The position numbers and the translations under genes are program-made. DNA of 64,000 bases. Origin: Armatimonadota bacterium (lineage in GTDB: Bacteria; Armatimonadota; Fimbriimonadia; Fimbriimonadales; GBS-DC). This document shows, one piece after another, positions 19,345 to 31,600 of the stretch (position 1 is the first letter of the stretch; every line of letters begins with the position of its first letter). Under the pieces are notes generated by a model, which saw only the letters and a list, made by a program, of their open reading frames with translations, had not been told where the DNA came from and searched no databases. The DNA is taken from assembly GCA_037445735.1 (NCBI GenBank), contig JBBIJY010000014.1:5175-69174 (forward strand), given 5' to 3'.

Positions 19345-21198
19345 TCAGTTGCCCGTTTCAAAGAAGGTGCGGAGCCATTCAGCGGCGATCGGTACGGCAA
19401 CCTCGCTGCCATGCCCCGCTTCTTCCGCCATCACGCAGACCACCACGCGCGGGTTCTCAGCCGGCGCGAAGGCGATAAACCATGAATGCGTTTTGCCGCC
19501 CTTGCGAAACTCGGCGGAACCCGTTTTGCCTGCCACATGGATGCCCGCGATTCTCGCCCGCCGCGCCGTGCCCCGCTCCACCACGCGCACCATGCTCTCA
19601 ATAATCGCGTCCCAGTTCTGGGGCGATGCCGGAATGCGATGGATCACTTCGGGCTTCGCGGTGTAGAGCACGGAGCCGTCGGGCGCGATAATCTGGCGCA
19701 CCAGATGCGGGCGATAGATGACGCCGCGATTGGCAAGCCCCATCGTGGCGACCGCCATCTGCAGGGGTGTGGTGAGCAGATAGCCCTGCCCGATTCCGTA
19801 GTTGAGCGTCTCGCCGCCGAACCATGGCTGATGGAGTGTGGCGCGTTTCCAGTTGGGATCGGGCACCAGCCCACCGCGCTCGTGCGGCAGGTCGATGCCT
19901 GTCGGCTCGCCCAGCCCGAACAGCCGTGACCAGTGTGCCAGCCGCTCTGGGCCCAGCTTCTGCGCCGTGATGTAATAAAAAGTGTCGCACGATTGCGCGA
20001 TGGAGTTATAGAAATCCACGAAGCCGTGTCGTCGCCAGCAGCGGAAGAATCGGCGCCCCAGCGGATAGCCGCCCGGGCAGACGACATGGGAGCGTGTGGT
20101 CAGCACGCCTGTCTCCAGCCCTGCCAGCGCGACAAAGGGCTTGAAAGTGGAGCCAGGCGCATACGCCGCCTGCACCACGCGATTATGGAGCGGGGCGCGC
20201 GGGTCGTTGAGCAGCGCCCGCCAGATGTTCGAGGGGATACGCGGCACAAACAGGTTGGGGTCAAACGCGGGCTGGCTCACACATGCCAGCAGCTCGCCCG
20301 TGCGCGGGTCCAGAGCCACCAGCGCGCCCACATGACCCTGAAGCAGCTCATGGGCTCGCTGCTGAAGTGTCGCGTCAATACTCAACACCAGTCGTGCGCC
20401 GGGCACAGGCTCCAGCTGCTGCAGGGTGCGCACGCGCCGTCCCAGCGGCGTTACCTCCACCTGCTCGCCGCCCGGCAGACCGTGCAGGTAGCGTTCATAC
20501 TGGCGTTCCAGCCCGCTTTTGCCCACGAAGTCAGTGCCGTCATAGATGGCTCGGCGTGCGATGGGCGCTGTTTCATCCGTGTCTGCAAACCCATTGCCAG
20601 CCGTCGCCTGCTGCTGGTAGCGAATGAGTTCCTCTTCGGAAATCTGTCCCACATAGCCAATCAGGTGGGCAAACACCTTGCCGTGGGGATACCAGCGCAT
20701 CGCCTGCAGGGTGACCTCCACTTCTGGCAGGTTGTACTGGCTCTCCAGCAGGTCAACAGCCTGCTCGTAGTCGACGCCCTTGCGTACAATCAGGGGCACA
20801 TAGGGGTTGATGCGTGGGTTCATAACCAGCGCGCGCAGCTCGTCAGGCGCCATATTCAGGCGGCTGGCGACAAGCGGGATGCGCTGCGGGTTCTTGCGCA
20901 ACAGGTCGGGCAGCACGCTGACCACGATCTGGGCGCGGTTGGTGGCGAGCGTGCGTCCCAGACGGTCGACAATCAGCCCGCGCGGGGGCGCGATTCGTAT
21001 CAGGCGCGTGCGCACCAGCTCCGCCCGCGTCGCCAGCTCCTCCCCATGCAGCACCTGCAGATACCAGAGTCGCGCCGTTAGCACCATCACCACCAGCCCG
21101 ATGAGCATCAGCAGTGCGTACTCCCGCGGCTGGATGGGGCGCCGGTCTTCGGAACGGATGCCCAGATAGCGTTTCGGTCGCGCCTGCATGGTTCTCAT
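19345..21198 (-). CDS. mrdA: Penicillin-binding protein 2
   Basis: PPRGLIVDR; PGSTFK (SxxK); SCDTFYY; KTG; HSWF. Confidence 0.95.
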   Translation of the reverse strand: MRTMQARPKRYLGIRSEDRRPIQPREYALLMLIGLVVMVLTARLWYLQVLHGEELATRAELVRTRLIRIAPPRGLIVDRLGRTLATNRAQIVVSVLPDLLRKNPQRIPLVASRLNMAPDELRALVMNPRINPYVPLIVRKGVDYEQAVDLLESQYNLPEVEVTLQAMRWYPHGKVFAHLIGYVGQISEEELIRYQQQATAGNGFADTDETAPIARRAIYDGTDFVGKSGLERQYERYLHGLPGGEQVEVTPLGRRVRTLQQLEPVPGARLVLSIDATLQQRAHELLQGHVGALVALDPRTGELLACVSQPAFDPNLFVPRIPSNIWRALLNDPRAPLHNRVVQAAYAPGSTFKPFVALAGLETGVLTTRSHVVCPGGYPLGRRFFRCWRRHGFVDFYNSIAQSCDTFYYITAQKLGPERLAHWSRLFGLGEPTGIDLPHERGGLVPDPNWKRATLHQPWFGGETLNYGIGQGYLLTTPLQMAVATMGLANRGVIYRPHLVRQIIAPDGSVLYTAKPEVIHRIPASPQNWDAIIESMVRVVERGTARRARIAGIHVAGKTGSAEFRKGGKTHSWFIAFAPAENPRVVVCVMAEEAGHGSEVAVPIAAEWLRTFFETGN

Positions 21199-21241
21199 CC
21201 CTTTCTATCGGGTTCCCCACCTGTACTGCGTGCCTGGATGG

Positions 21242-23536
21242 CTATCGCAGCCCGTGTTTGCGGCAGTGGCGTTTGGGTTCGGTGCCCCTGATAAAGGTGC
21301 GTCGCACCACCTCCGGGCAATAGTCGGTGGCGAGCAGTCCCGTGTCGGCACAGATCAGCACCGACACCGTTTCAGGCGGTTTGGGCGGTCGTGGTGGCGG
21401 TGAGGGTGGGGGTGGTGGGGTGGCGCGGGGTGCGCCCGTGGGTATCGGCTGCGCGGTCTGGTCAGCAGGGGCGGGTTCAGGCTGGCTTGCAGGCGGCGGC
21501 GCAGCTGGCTGGGCAAGTGTCGCCCCTGTCTCCTGTTCATCTGCACCCCTCACCCCAACCCTCTCCCCAGAGGGGAGAGGAGGTTCAACTGTATCTCTCT
21601 CCCCAGCGGGGAGAGTCTCCCCCGCAGGGAGAGAGGGCGCGGGTGAGGGGGATGGCTCTTTGGGCAACTGGGCATCGATTTTCAGCACCTGCTCCATCAA
21701 ATCTGCCCAGATACGGGTGCAGACGGTGCCGCCGAAGATGCGTTGCATCGGCTTGTATTCCCAGCGGTGCGTGCGCTCATCATAGTGGGCGCTGGCGACC
21801 CAGACCACCGCCAGATAGCGGTCGGTGTAGCCGATGAACCATGCGTCGCGGTAGTCGCTGGTGGTGCCCGTTTTGCCGCGCGCGTTCGGGATACGGCTGG
21901 CGGCGCGCCCTGTGCCACGCACAACCGCCTCGCGCAGAATCTCATCAATCCAGCGCGCACTCCGCTCCGACAGCACACCCTCGAACACCTCCGCTTTCTG
22001 ATCCAGCAGCACCACGCCGTCGCGATCGACCACGCGCCGAATGAGGATCGGCTTGATGCGGTTGCCGTGGGTGGCGAACACGGTGAAGGCTTCCGCCATC
22101 TCGATGGGTTTGACAGCCGACGCGCCCAGCGCGATGGGCAGCACTGGCTCCAGCGGCGATTCGAAGCCGAACCGCTCGCGGGCGAACCGCACAATTGTGT
22201 CGGCGCCGACCATCATCCCCGCGCGAACTGCAGGGAGGTTCACCGAGAACGCCAGCGCGCGCGTGACGGTAATGACGCCGCGGTAGCGCCCATCGGCGTT
22301 CTGGGGTCGCCAGGGTCGCCCGGGCACGCCCGACGGCAGGCTGATGGGCGCGTCCAGAATGCGGCTGGTGGGCGTCAGTTTGCCCAGCTCGAACGCGGTG
22401 GCGTACACAATCGGCTTGAATGCCGAACCGGGCTGGCGCCGCCCCTGCGTGATGGCGTTATATTGCGACTGGCTGAAGTTGCGCCCACCGACCAGTGCAC
22501 GGATGCCGCCTGTGCGAAGATCGATCAGCACAATCGCGCCCTGATTGACCCCGCGCGATTCGAATTCGCGGATACCCCGCTCCAGTGCCTGCTCGGCAGC
22601 TGCCTGCATCTGGGAATGGAGCGTGGTGTACACCTTCAGGTTGCCCTGCAGCAGCAGCTCGCGTCCATAGAGGTCTTCCAGCTGGCGCAGCGCGTCCATC
22701 ACCGCGTAGGGCGCACGGAACTGCATGCGCGGGCGACGCTTCGTCAGGCGCAGCGGCTCCTTTTTGGCGGCGTCGCGCTGGGCAGGCGTGATGTAGCCCT
22801 CCTGCGCCATCAGATCCAGCACCAGATTGCGCTGGCGAATCGCCTCGTCGGGATTACCAAACGGCTCATACGCTGACGGGCGTTGCGGCAGAGCCGCTAA
22901 CAGGGCGCACTCTGCCAGCGTGAGCTGATCCAGCGGCTTGTTAAAATAGACCCGCGCTGCTGCCCTGACCCCATACGCACCGTTGCCGTAATAGACCTGA
23001 TTGAGGTACAGCTCCAGGATACGCTCTTTGCTCAGGCGACGCTCCAGCTCCTGCGCCAGAATAATCTCCTGCAGCTTGCGGCTGACCGTGCGCCGCTGGG
23101 TGAGGAAGGCGTTGCGGGCTAACTGCTGAGTCAGCGTGCTACCACCCTGCTGAATCTCGCCCTGCGTGAGGTTGACCCATGCGGCGCGGGCGACCCCACG
23201 CCAGTCGACCCCGTGATGGCGCCAGAACCGCCGATCCTCTTTGGCGATCGTGGCATTGATAAGATGTTTTGGGATCTCACTGAGCGCGGCGGGTTCGCGA
23301 TACTCTTCGGCAATACGCGCCAGCAACACGCCATCGGCAGAGTAGATATAGCTCGCCTCGCGCGGCTTGTAGTTTTCGAGCACCTCGACGGAGGGCATCA
23401 TCTGCGCCACCTGATAGTACAGCACGCCGACAAAGGTCATGGCACCCAGCATCAGGCTCAAAAAGAGCAGCGCCAGATACGCCAGGAAACGCTTCCAGCG
23501 GCGACGCCTGCGACGCGCTCTCATCACGCTACTCAC
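21242..23536 (-). CDS. Class A PBP (PBP1A), transglycosylase/transpeptidase
   Basis: EDRRF..H.GVD; GGSTLTQQL; RKLQE; GSAFKP; SVN; GKTGT. Confidence 0.95.
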   Translation of the reverse strand: MSSVMRARRRRRRWKRFLAYLALLFLSLMLGAMTFVGVLYYQVAQMMPSVEVLENYKPREASYIYSADGVLLARIAEEYREPAALSEIPKHLINATIAKEDRRFWRHHGVDWRGVARAAWVNLTQGEIQQGGSTLTQQLARNAFLTQRRTVSRKLQEIILAQELERRLSKERILELYLNQVYYGNGAYGVRAAARVYFNKPLDQLTLAECALLAALPQRPSAYEPFGNPDEAIRQRNLVLDLMAQEGYITPAQRDAAKKEPLRLTKRRPRMQFRAPYAVMDALRQLEDLYGRELLLQGNLKVYTTLHSQMQAAAEQALERGIREFESRGVNQGAIVLIDLRTGGIRALVGGRNFSQSQYNAITQGRRQPGSAFKPIVYATAFELGKLTPTSRILDAPISLPSGVPGRPWRPQNADGRYRGVITVTRALAFSVNLPAVRAGMMVGADTIVRFARERFGFESPLEPVLPIALGASAVKPIEMAEAFTVFATHGNRIKPILIRRVVDRDGVVLLDQKAEVFEGVLSERSARWIDEILREAVVRGTGRAASRIPNARGKTGTTSDYRDAWFIGYTDRYLAVVWVASAHYDERTHRWEYKPMQRIFGGTVCTRIWADLMEQVLKIDAQLPKEPSPSPAPSLPAGETLPAGERDTVEPPLPSGERVGVRGADEQETGATLAQPAAPPPASQPEPAPADQTAQPIPTGAPRATPPPPPSPPPRPPKPPETVSVLICADTGLLATDYCPEVVRRTFIRGTEPKRHCRKHGLR
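21546..21652. repeat. REP-like palindromes in-frame within the PBP1A C-terminal linker
   Basis: CCCCTCACCCCAACCCTCTCCCCAGAGGGGAGAGG ... GGGAGAGAGGGCGCGGGTGAGGGGG; encodes PSPSPAPSLPAGE..PLPSGERVGVRG. Confidence 0.8.
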
Positions 23537-24728
23537 CTCTGCGAACCTCCCTCAAGCGCACAATCGCGTCGATGAGCCGGTGTGCCGCGACGCGCTTGGG
23601 CAACAGCGGCAACGGCTCGATGCGCCCGTCCGCGTAGAGCAAAGTGAGCCGATTGGTGTCCACCTCGAAACCGCTCTCTGGCTCCAGCACATCGTTGACG
23701 GCGATCAGGTCAAGCCCCTTCTGAAGCAGCTTCTGATGGGCGTGTTCAAGCGCCTTATCGGTCTCGGCGGCGAAGCCTATTAGCAGCCGATGCCCTTTGC
23801 GCGGGGCGACCGTGCCCAGAATGTCGGGGTTCGGTACAAGGCGCAGATGCCAGACGCGGTTGTCCCGCCTGCGCTTACGCGGATAGACCCGTTCCGGACG
23901 ATAGTCAGCGACCGCCGCGACGCTGATGAATAGATCGCAGCGCTCAAACTGTTCCAGCACCGCCTGCAACATCTGCTCGGCGGTCTGCACGCGGATCAGC
24001 TTCACGCCAGCGGGCGGCTGGAGCGCGGTCGGACCTGAGATCAGCACCACATCGGCGCCGCGCTCGGCAGCCGCTTGCGCCACCGCGTAGCCCATCTTGC
24101 CGCTGGAGCGGTTGCCAATAAAGCGCACGGGATCAATCGGCTCATAAGTTGGACCGGCGGTCACCAGCACGCGAACGCCGTTGAGTTCACCGGTGCGGTG
24201 CAGGCGTTGTTCAACCGCCTCGATGATGGTCGGCGTGTCGGCGATTTTGCCCCAGCCTTCGTCGCCACACGCCATAATGCCGTAGGTGGGATCGATGAAC
24301 TCCACACCGCGCGCCTGCAGGGTCTGCACATGGAGCTGGGTGGCGGGATGCGTCCACATAGCGGGGTTCATCGCGGGCGCAATCAGGATCGGTGCGCGGG
24401 TCGCCAGCGCGATGGTGGTCAGCATATCGTCCGCCAGCCCCAGCGCGAGGCGGGCAATCGTGTGCGCGGTGGCAGGCGCGATCAGCATCAGATTGGCATC
24501 CTGCGCCAGACGGATATGCGCGATCTGACCGGGCCAGGGTTCATCGAAGGTGTCGACTGTAACAGGGTTGCCGGTGAGCGCGGCGAAGGTGGCAGGAGCA
24601 ATCAGGCGGGTGGCATGGGGGGTCATCACCGCATGCACGGTATGTCCGCGATGCATCAGCTCCCGCGCCACATCGCACGCCCGATATGCCGCCACACTGC
24701 CACAGACACCCAGCAGAATCTGCGCCAC
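23529..24728 (-). CDS. coaBC: Phosphopantothenoylcysteine decarboxylase/synthetase
   Basis: GSVAAY; APATA; PAMN; TAGPT.EPIDPVRFIGNRSSGKMG; GFAAET. Confidence 0.97.
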   Translation of the reverse strand: MAQILLGVCGSVAAYRACDVARELMHRGHTVHAVMTPHATRLIAPATFAALTGNPVTVDTFDEPWPGQIAHIRLAQDANLMLIAPATAHTIARLALGLADDMLTTIALATRAPILIAPAMNPAMWTHPATQLHVQTLQARGVEFIDPTYGIMACGDEGWGKIADTPTIIEAVEQRLHRTGELNGVRVLVTAGPTYEPIDPVRFIGNRSSGKMGYAVAQAAAERGADVVLISGPTALQPPAGVKLIRVQTAEQMLQAVLEQFERCDLFISVAAVADYRPERVYPRKRRRDNRVWHLRLVPNPDILGTVAPRKGHRLLIGFAAETDKALEHAHQKLLQKGLDLIAVNDVLEPESGFEVDTNRLTLLYADGRIEPLPLLPKRVAAHRLIDAIVRLREVRRGE

Positions 24729-24790
24729 ACAGAGATTGTACCCTCTATCGTCAAACCGAAGGCTTCCGGGATTGGTTTGCGCCCCAACCC

Positions 24791-24903
24791 CTGAGGCTGT
24801 TCGAAAAAAAAATCGCTGGCATCATATCTGCCTGTGTGAAGCCCCCTCACCCGTACCCTCTCCCCCGCCTGCGGGGGAGAGGGGTTTAGCTGCTCCCTCT
24901 CCC
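24791..24903. mobile_element. Truncated MITE-like copy (one TIR plus REP hairpin) abutting the IS
   Basis: CTGAGGCTGTTCGAAAAA end; GTGAAGCCCCCTCACCCGTACCCTCTCCCCCGC identical to 1098-1130. Confidence 0.65.
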
Positions 24904-24908
24904 AACCC

Positions 24909-25596
24909 CTGAGGCTGTTCGAAAAATCGCTGATGTCTGCCACACCCAAAGCCATACCCAAAAACCACCCCCGCCCACATTCACCAACTTCACCCTGTTC
25001 CACAACACCCACATCCCCACACCCAACGACGCGCCTGCACCCCCGAACGACACTCCACATAACTCCCATACGCCCCCTTGAGATTCCCAAACACCGGCTC
25101 AATCCGATATCGCGCTCGCAACGCCCACCCATACCGCCCCAAACGCCCTAACGCCCGCACCCGCGCACCCGCACGCCCCTGCTGACGCCCACTCGGCTCG
25201 CCCCGCACCACAGGCGCCCATCCCACCCGCCCTACCTGCTCCAGCAACCGCGCCCGATACCCGTACAACTTATCCCCTACCAACAACGCCCCCACCCCCA
25301 CCACACCCGCCCCCTATGCCCGTAGCCACGCCCCCAACCAACGCCCCTCATCCGCATACGCGCCTCCCAGCGACGCCCCCACGACCCACACCACGCCCCC
25401 TTGCCCGTACCCCAAGCGGGGGGCGTCCGCGTCAGGGTGGCATGGGATGTTCTTGGGTGAACTGCTGGGCGAGGCGGAGCATGTGTTGGACGCTGAGGGT
25501 GGCAAGGGTTGCCAGCAGGGTGCGTGTGTTGGATTGGGTTTTGGCGTGCATAGGGGAGAGGATACCCTACTCAGAGGATTTTTCGAACACCCTCAG
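24909..25596 (-). mobile_element. Decayed insertion sequence (DDE transposase, IS5/IS4-like)
   Basis: TIRs CTGAGGCTGTTCGAAAAATC and CTGAGGGTGTTCGAAAAATC (1 mismatch in 20). Confidence 0.8.
24990..25551 (-). pseudogene. Transposase pseudogene (internal deletion, in-frame stops)
   Basis: N-term MHAKTQSN..PMPP*RGRP; C-term LLVGDKLYG...RYRIEPVFGNLK. Far too short for an intact DDE transposase. Confidence 0.78.
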
Positions 25597-25796
25597 GGGG
25601 TATTCTAAATGCGCCAACAGATCGATACCACCCCCCACTCCTCCACAGCCTCTACCCCTCCTTGCAAAAAGGGGGCGCACCTCCTGTAGAATCGCTCTAC
25701 CAAACCGCACTCCAGGAGGCACACCCAGAAGGGATGTTTTGTGCTCCCAGGCTTTGTTCATCGGCAGGTTCTGTTTTAATCGCTGGAGCGATGATT

Positions 25797-26462
25797 CTAA
25801 TCCCCGCAACGAATAGTAAGATGGAGCAGGGGTTCATCGGGGAATACTCTGTGAGCTGGAGCACGCGATTCCAGAAACAGGTCGCAATAGGCGGTTTTGA
25901 GCGTGTTGAAGTCGCGCTCGGTGATTTGCAGTGGGATGCCCGAAGTGAAGGTGGGGTACATCATATCGGCAGGGTTGTCGCTGTGCCCGCCGATGCCCAG
26001 CGCGTGCCCGAACTCGTGCGCCGCCACGCTCCGTATATCCACCGCGCTGTTGCCCTTAACGCCAATCGAAACCTCCGCCCGCACCAGCAAGCCGTTGGAA
26101 CGATAGGTGTATCGGGTCAAGCCGTCGCGCGTGCCGGGATTAAAGCGTACCACCACCTGCGCATTTTCAGTGCTCTCCACCACCACATAGCGGATTCTCA
26201 GCCCGCTATACTCCACCCACTGGTCGAACCCCTCCTGTGCGATCGCCTGACGGACAGGCGTGTAGCTCTCATCTTTGACGAAGGCGACGCTGATGGGAAA
26301 GCCGTTCCAGTGCAGTAACCGCTCCAGTTTCGGCACATAGTTCGGCGTGAAAGTCTCGGCGGTGCAGACCGCCTGTTGACCTGTCTGCACCCCACCACAC
26401 GCGCCAAGACCAAGTGCCAGCGCGACCAGCAGCCCATAAAGCCATCGCTTCTGCATCGGCAT
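25797..26462 (-). CDS. Matrixin/M10-like zinc metalloprotease lipoprotein
   Basis: Lipobox LGAC; [13 protein letters not shown]; Met-turn DMMYP. Confidence 0.88.
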   Translation of the reverse strand: MPMQKRWLYGLLVALALGLGACGGVQTGQQAVCTAETFTPNYVPKLERLLHWNGFPISVAFVKDESYTPVRQAIAQEGFDQWVEYSGLRIRYVVVESTENAQVVVRFNPGTRDGLTRYTYRSNGLLVRAEVSIGVKGNSAVDIRSVAAHEFGHALGIGGHSDNPADMMYPTFTSGIPLQITERDFNTLKTAYCDLFLESRAPAHRVFPDEPLLHLTIRCGD

Positions 26463-26522
26463 CTCACCTCTCATTTTGGGCATCAGGACAGGTATAATGT
26501 ACCCTACAGGGAGGCGAAAGCG

Positions 26523-26737
26523 ATGAAATCGGGCATCCATCCGAAGTATGTGATGGCGACGGTTCACTGCGCGTGTGGCAACACCTTCCAGACGCTATCG
26601 ACGAAAGAGGAGATACGGCTGGAGGTGTGTGCGGCGTGCCATCCCGTGTTTACGGGCGAGGGCACGCGCCGCGTGGTGGACACCGAAGGGCGCGTGGAGC
26701 GCTTCATGCGCAAATATCAAAACTACGGGAAGCAGGG

Positions 26738-26741
<4 letters not shown>
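26523..26741 (+). CDS. rpmE: 50S ribosomal protein L31 (Zn-binding form)
   Basis: [32 protein letters not shown]. Confidence 0.98.
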
Positions 26742-27724
<983 letters not shown>

Positions 27725-28476
27725 GGCGCTGTTCCGCGTCGGGTTCCGAGAAGATGTGGTCGGCGTCGGGGATAGGACGGAACTCGAACGGGCGCGCCTG
27801 CCCGAAGGCGCTCTCATAGGCGCGACCCTCCTGGGGGCTGACGGCGGTATCCGCCGTGCCGTGCAGCACCAGCACCGCGCCCCTGTATGTCCGCACCGCC
27901 TCCAGCGGCTTCAGTTCGGGCAACTCCTTATAGAACGCGACGCCCACACGATTGCCCCCGATATTGACGGTCTTATCGGGCACGCCCGCTGGCGGCATCC
28001 AGCGCATCGGGTTCGACACGGGCGCCCACAGCACAACGGCTTTAATGTCGCCCGCGCGGGGCAGGCAGAGCGCCGCCACGCACCCACCCAGTGAGAAGCC
28101 CAGCAGCCCGATTCGGGCGGTGTCCACGCGCCGCTGCGCCCGCAGGAACGCCAGCGCGTTCAGCGCGTCCTCCACCTCGCCCCGAATCGTCATCTGCTCG
28201 AACTCGCCCTCGCTATCGCCCGAACCGAGAAAATCGAAGCGCAAGGCGATGAAACCCGCTGTCGTGAGGCGCCGCGCCGTCTGCACAAACAGCCGATGGG
28301 TCTCCGCTTTGTTCCCTGTGAAGCCGTGTAGCATCAACACCGCAGGCGCGCGTCGGCGTCCATCGGGCAGATGGAGCACGCTTGCCATCCGCTGACCCCG
28401 ACTGGCTATCCACAGCAACCGCTCGTCCATCCCATGCAGGATACCTTCCCGCACCCTCTCAATCAACCCGTTTCCT

Positions 28477-28641
28477 TCCGGGGTAAGAGCGTTCGTTCAG
28501 CCCGCTCCCCGCGCTTCAGGTCGTGCAGCGGGCACCTCCTCACGAGGACACTCGCGTGTGTCCACTCATGTGGTAGCCGCACCCCCGCCCTTAGACCGCC
28601 TGTTTTACCTGCAGGAGAAGCTGTACCCTCCGCGAATCGGA
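28477..28641 (-). ncRNA. Candidate structured RNA (long irregular hairpin, 6S-like)
   Basis: Nested helices on the minus strand with G-U pairs around the apical GGACAC-ACGCGA-GTGTCC; intergenic location. Confidence 0.3.
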
Positions 28642-28647
28642 CCTTTG

Positions 28648-31600
28648 ATGAATTCACAGCGTGCAGGCAGCAACCTTCGGCAGCATGCGCGGTTCACATG
28701 GCAATGGGGTATGGGTTTGTTGATAGGGGCTATCGCTCAGGTTCAGCCGCCTCCGCCCGCCGACTGGCAGCCCGGCGAGGGGCAGACCTTCACCCGACAC
28801 GAGGTGTTCATCGAGACCCGCTCCAGCGAGCTGCCCAATCAGCCGCCGATGCTGACCCGTTTTGACCGAATCGTGCTGGGCGTGAAGGGCACGGGCAACG
28901 ATATGAGCTGGTGGCGCAACACGCGCCTGAAGCTTCAGCCGAACCGCGCCTATGCCGTCGAGTTCTGGCTGAAGGGCAGCGGCAACGGCGTCTGCGCCAT
29001 CACAGGCACCAGCACGGTCAATCGCGACATGACGCCGCCTGCCGACTGGGAGCGACGCCAGTTCATCTTCCGCACGCCCGCCGACACGCGCGACACCTTC
29101 CTGCGCTTCGGGCAGTGGCACTGGAACGGCGAGGTTCTGTTCGACCGCATCGTGCTGATGCCTGTGGAGATTGTGCATGCGGCGCTGGGCGAGGGCGAAA
29201 CGGTGCGCGACGGGCGCTATCGCTTCGTCTCCCGCTATGACCAGCGGCTGTCCAACGCGCAGGCGCCCCTGCAACGCTTCACCGCCTTCTTCAACACCAA
29301 CCGCTGGGTGTTCAGCCCGAATCAGGAGGTGGTCTACCGCCATCAGGCAGCCCGATACACCATGCGGAGCGCGACGCTCTGGCTGAATGTGCCGTTTGAG
29401 CAGGGCGGTCGGCTGAGCGTTCAGGCGGGGCGCGAGGACGGCAACTGGCGCATCGTGGGCACGATCAGCGGGCGTGGCGAGCATCGAATCGAGCTGCCCG
29501 CCGAACTGTTTCCGACGCCCCTGCTGTTTGTTCGCCTGCTAACGCAGGAGGGCGGCACAATCCAGGTAGACCGCTATGTGCTGGAGGCGGAGCTGGAGGG
29601 CGCGGGACGCGCCACGCTCACGGGCAAAAGCCTCGTGCTGTTCCCCACGGTTCAGAACCGCCTGCTGACCGTCACTGACCTCCGGCTGGAACGCGATGGC
29701 AGCGGGCAGTGGTGGCTGACGGGTACTGCCACCAGCGCAGGGACGCAACCCCTGCGTGTGGAGCCGTATGTCGGCACGGAACGCGCCGCCATGCTCACGC
29801 TCCCACCGAACAAGCCCATGCCCATTCGCTTCCGGCTGCCGCCAGCGCGGCTGGAAACGATCCAGCTGGAGCTGGGCTTGCGGCGCGAGCGTGGTAGACC
29901 GCTCTGGCAGGTGAAGCTTGAGCTGGAGCCGAGCATTCTGGGCGCGGCGCACTACGGCTATCGGCTGGCGGGCACGCCTGCCGAGCTGGGCGTCTGGTGG
30001 TGCGAGTGGGGCTGGAAGGTGGGACGCGAGCGTCCCCTGCCCGATGCGACCGCCCGCGCCGTGCGCCTGAGCGCCGCACGCGGCGAGTATGAACCCGTGC
30101 AGATCGTTCTGCGCCCCCGCAGGGATACAACCCTCCAGCGCGTGGAGATCGGCGATCTCACGCGCGGCAAGAATCGGCTCCCTGCGAAGCAGCTCACCCT
30201 GCGCGAGGTTGCCTATGTGCGCGTGGAGCATCCGACCGACGGGCTGGGCGAGCCAGGCGACTATCCGGACCCGCTGCCACCGCTCAAAACACCCCTGCGC
30301 CTGACGGCGGAGCGCAATCAGCCGCTCTGGTTCACCGTCTATGTGCCCTACGGCACGCCTGCAGGCGACTACAGGGGCACGCTCCGCCTCATCACCGACA
30401 GGGGCACAGCAACCATCCCTCTGCAGCTGACCGTTTATGACTTTGACCTGCCGCGCACGCCTACCCTGCGCAGCGGGTTCGGCATCGATGCCCGACGCAT
30501 CGAGCAGTATCACAAGCCGCGCACTGAAGCCGAGAAGCGCGAGCTGTGGGATCGCTATATGCGCTGTTTTCGGGAGCATCGGCTCGTGCCCTACAGCTTC
30601 TATGCCTATGACCCGTACGAGGTGCGCTTCGAGGGCGAGGGCGACGGGCGGCGCGTGGTGCTGGACTTCACGCGCTTCGACCGCGCCGCCCGGCGCTACC
30701 TGGACGAGTTCGGCTTCAACGCCTTCGTGCTGCCCATTCACGGCTTGCCTGGCGGACGCCACCCGAACTATTCGCCGGGCGAGTTCGGTGGCTTTCGGGA
30801 GGGCACGCCCGACTATGAGCGACTCTGGAGCGACTACCTGCGCCAGCTGGAGGCACACCTGCGCGAGCGCGGCTGGCTCAAAAAAGCCTATCTCTACTGG
30901 TTCGACGAACCCGAAACCGCCGACTATGCTTTCGTGCGGCGCGTGAACGAGAAGATCAAGCGTGTCGCGCCCGGTCTCACGCGCATGCTGACGGAACAGC
31001 CCGAAGAGGCACTGATGGGCGCGGTCGATCTGTGGTGCCCGCTGACCGCCTTCGTGCATCCCGAATCGATTCGGGAGCGGCGTCGGGCGGGCGAGGAGAT
31101 CTGGTGGTATGTCTGCACGGGTCCACGCGCGCCCTACGCCACGCTCTTTATCGACCATCCGGGCACCGAGATGCGCGTCTGGCTCTGGCAGACATGGCAA
31201 TATGGCGTGCAGGGGGTTCTCATCTGGCAGACCACATGGTGGCATAACGAGTTCGCCTATCCCGACAGGTTACAGGACCCGTGGCAGGACCCGATGAGCT
31301 ATGTGTGGGACGCGAGCCTGAAGCCGGGCACGCGCCTGTTCTGGGGCAACGGTGACGGGCGACTGCTCTATCCGCCGCGCCGCGACCCCAACCGCGCGAG
31401 CGAACCCGCGATTGAAGACCCCATCCCCTCCATCCGCTGGGAGTGCCTGCGCGACGGCGCGGAGGATTATGAATATTTTGCTCTGCTGGAGCGGCTCTGC
31501 GACGCGCTGGAGCGCCGGGGCGCACCCGCGGAGCTGGTTCAGGAGGCGCGGTCGCTCTTACAGGTTCCGCCCGATGTGTCGCGCAGCCTGACCGAGTTCA

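Noticed and set aside
25662-25790. Promoter-like TTGCAA/TAGAAT plus AGGAGG
   Set aside because: No well-placed start codon or credible plus-strand ORF; probably a remnant.
28465-28485. SRP RNA (CCGGAAGGAA on the minus strand)
   Set aside because: Lacks the flanking CAGG/GCAG internal loop of helix 8.
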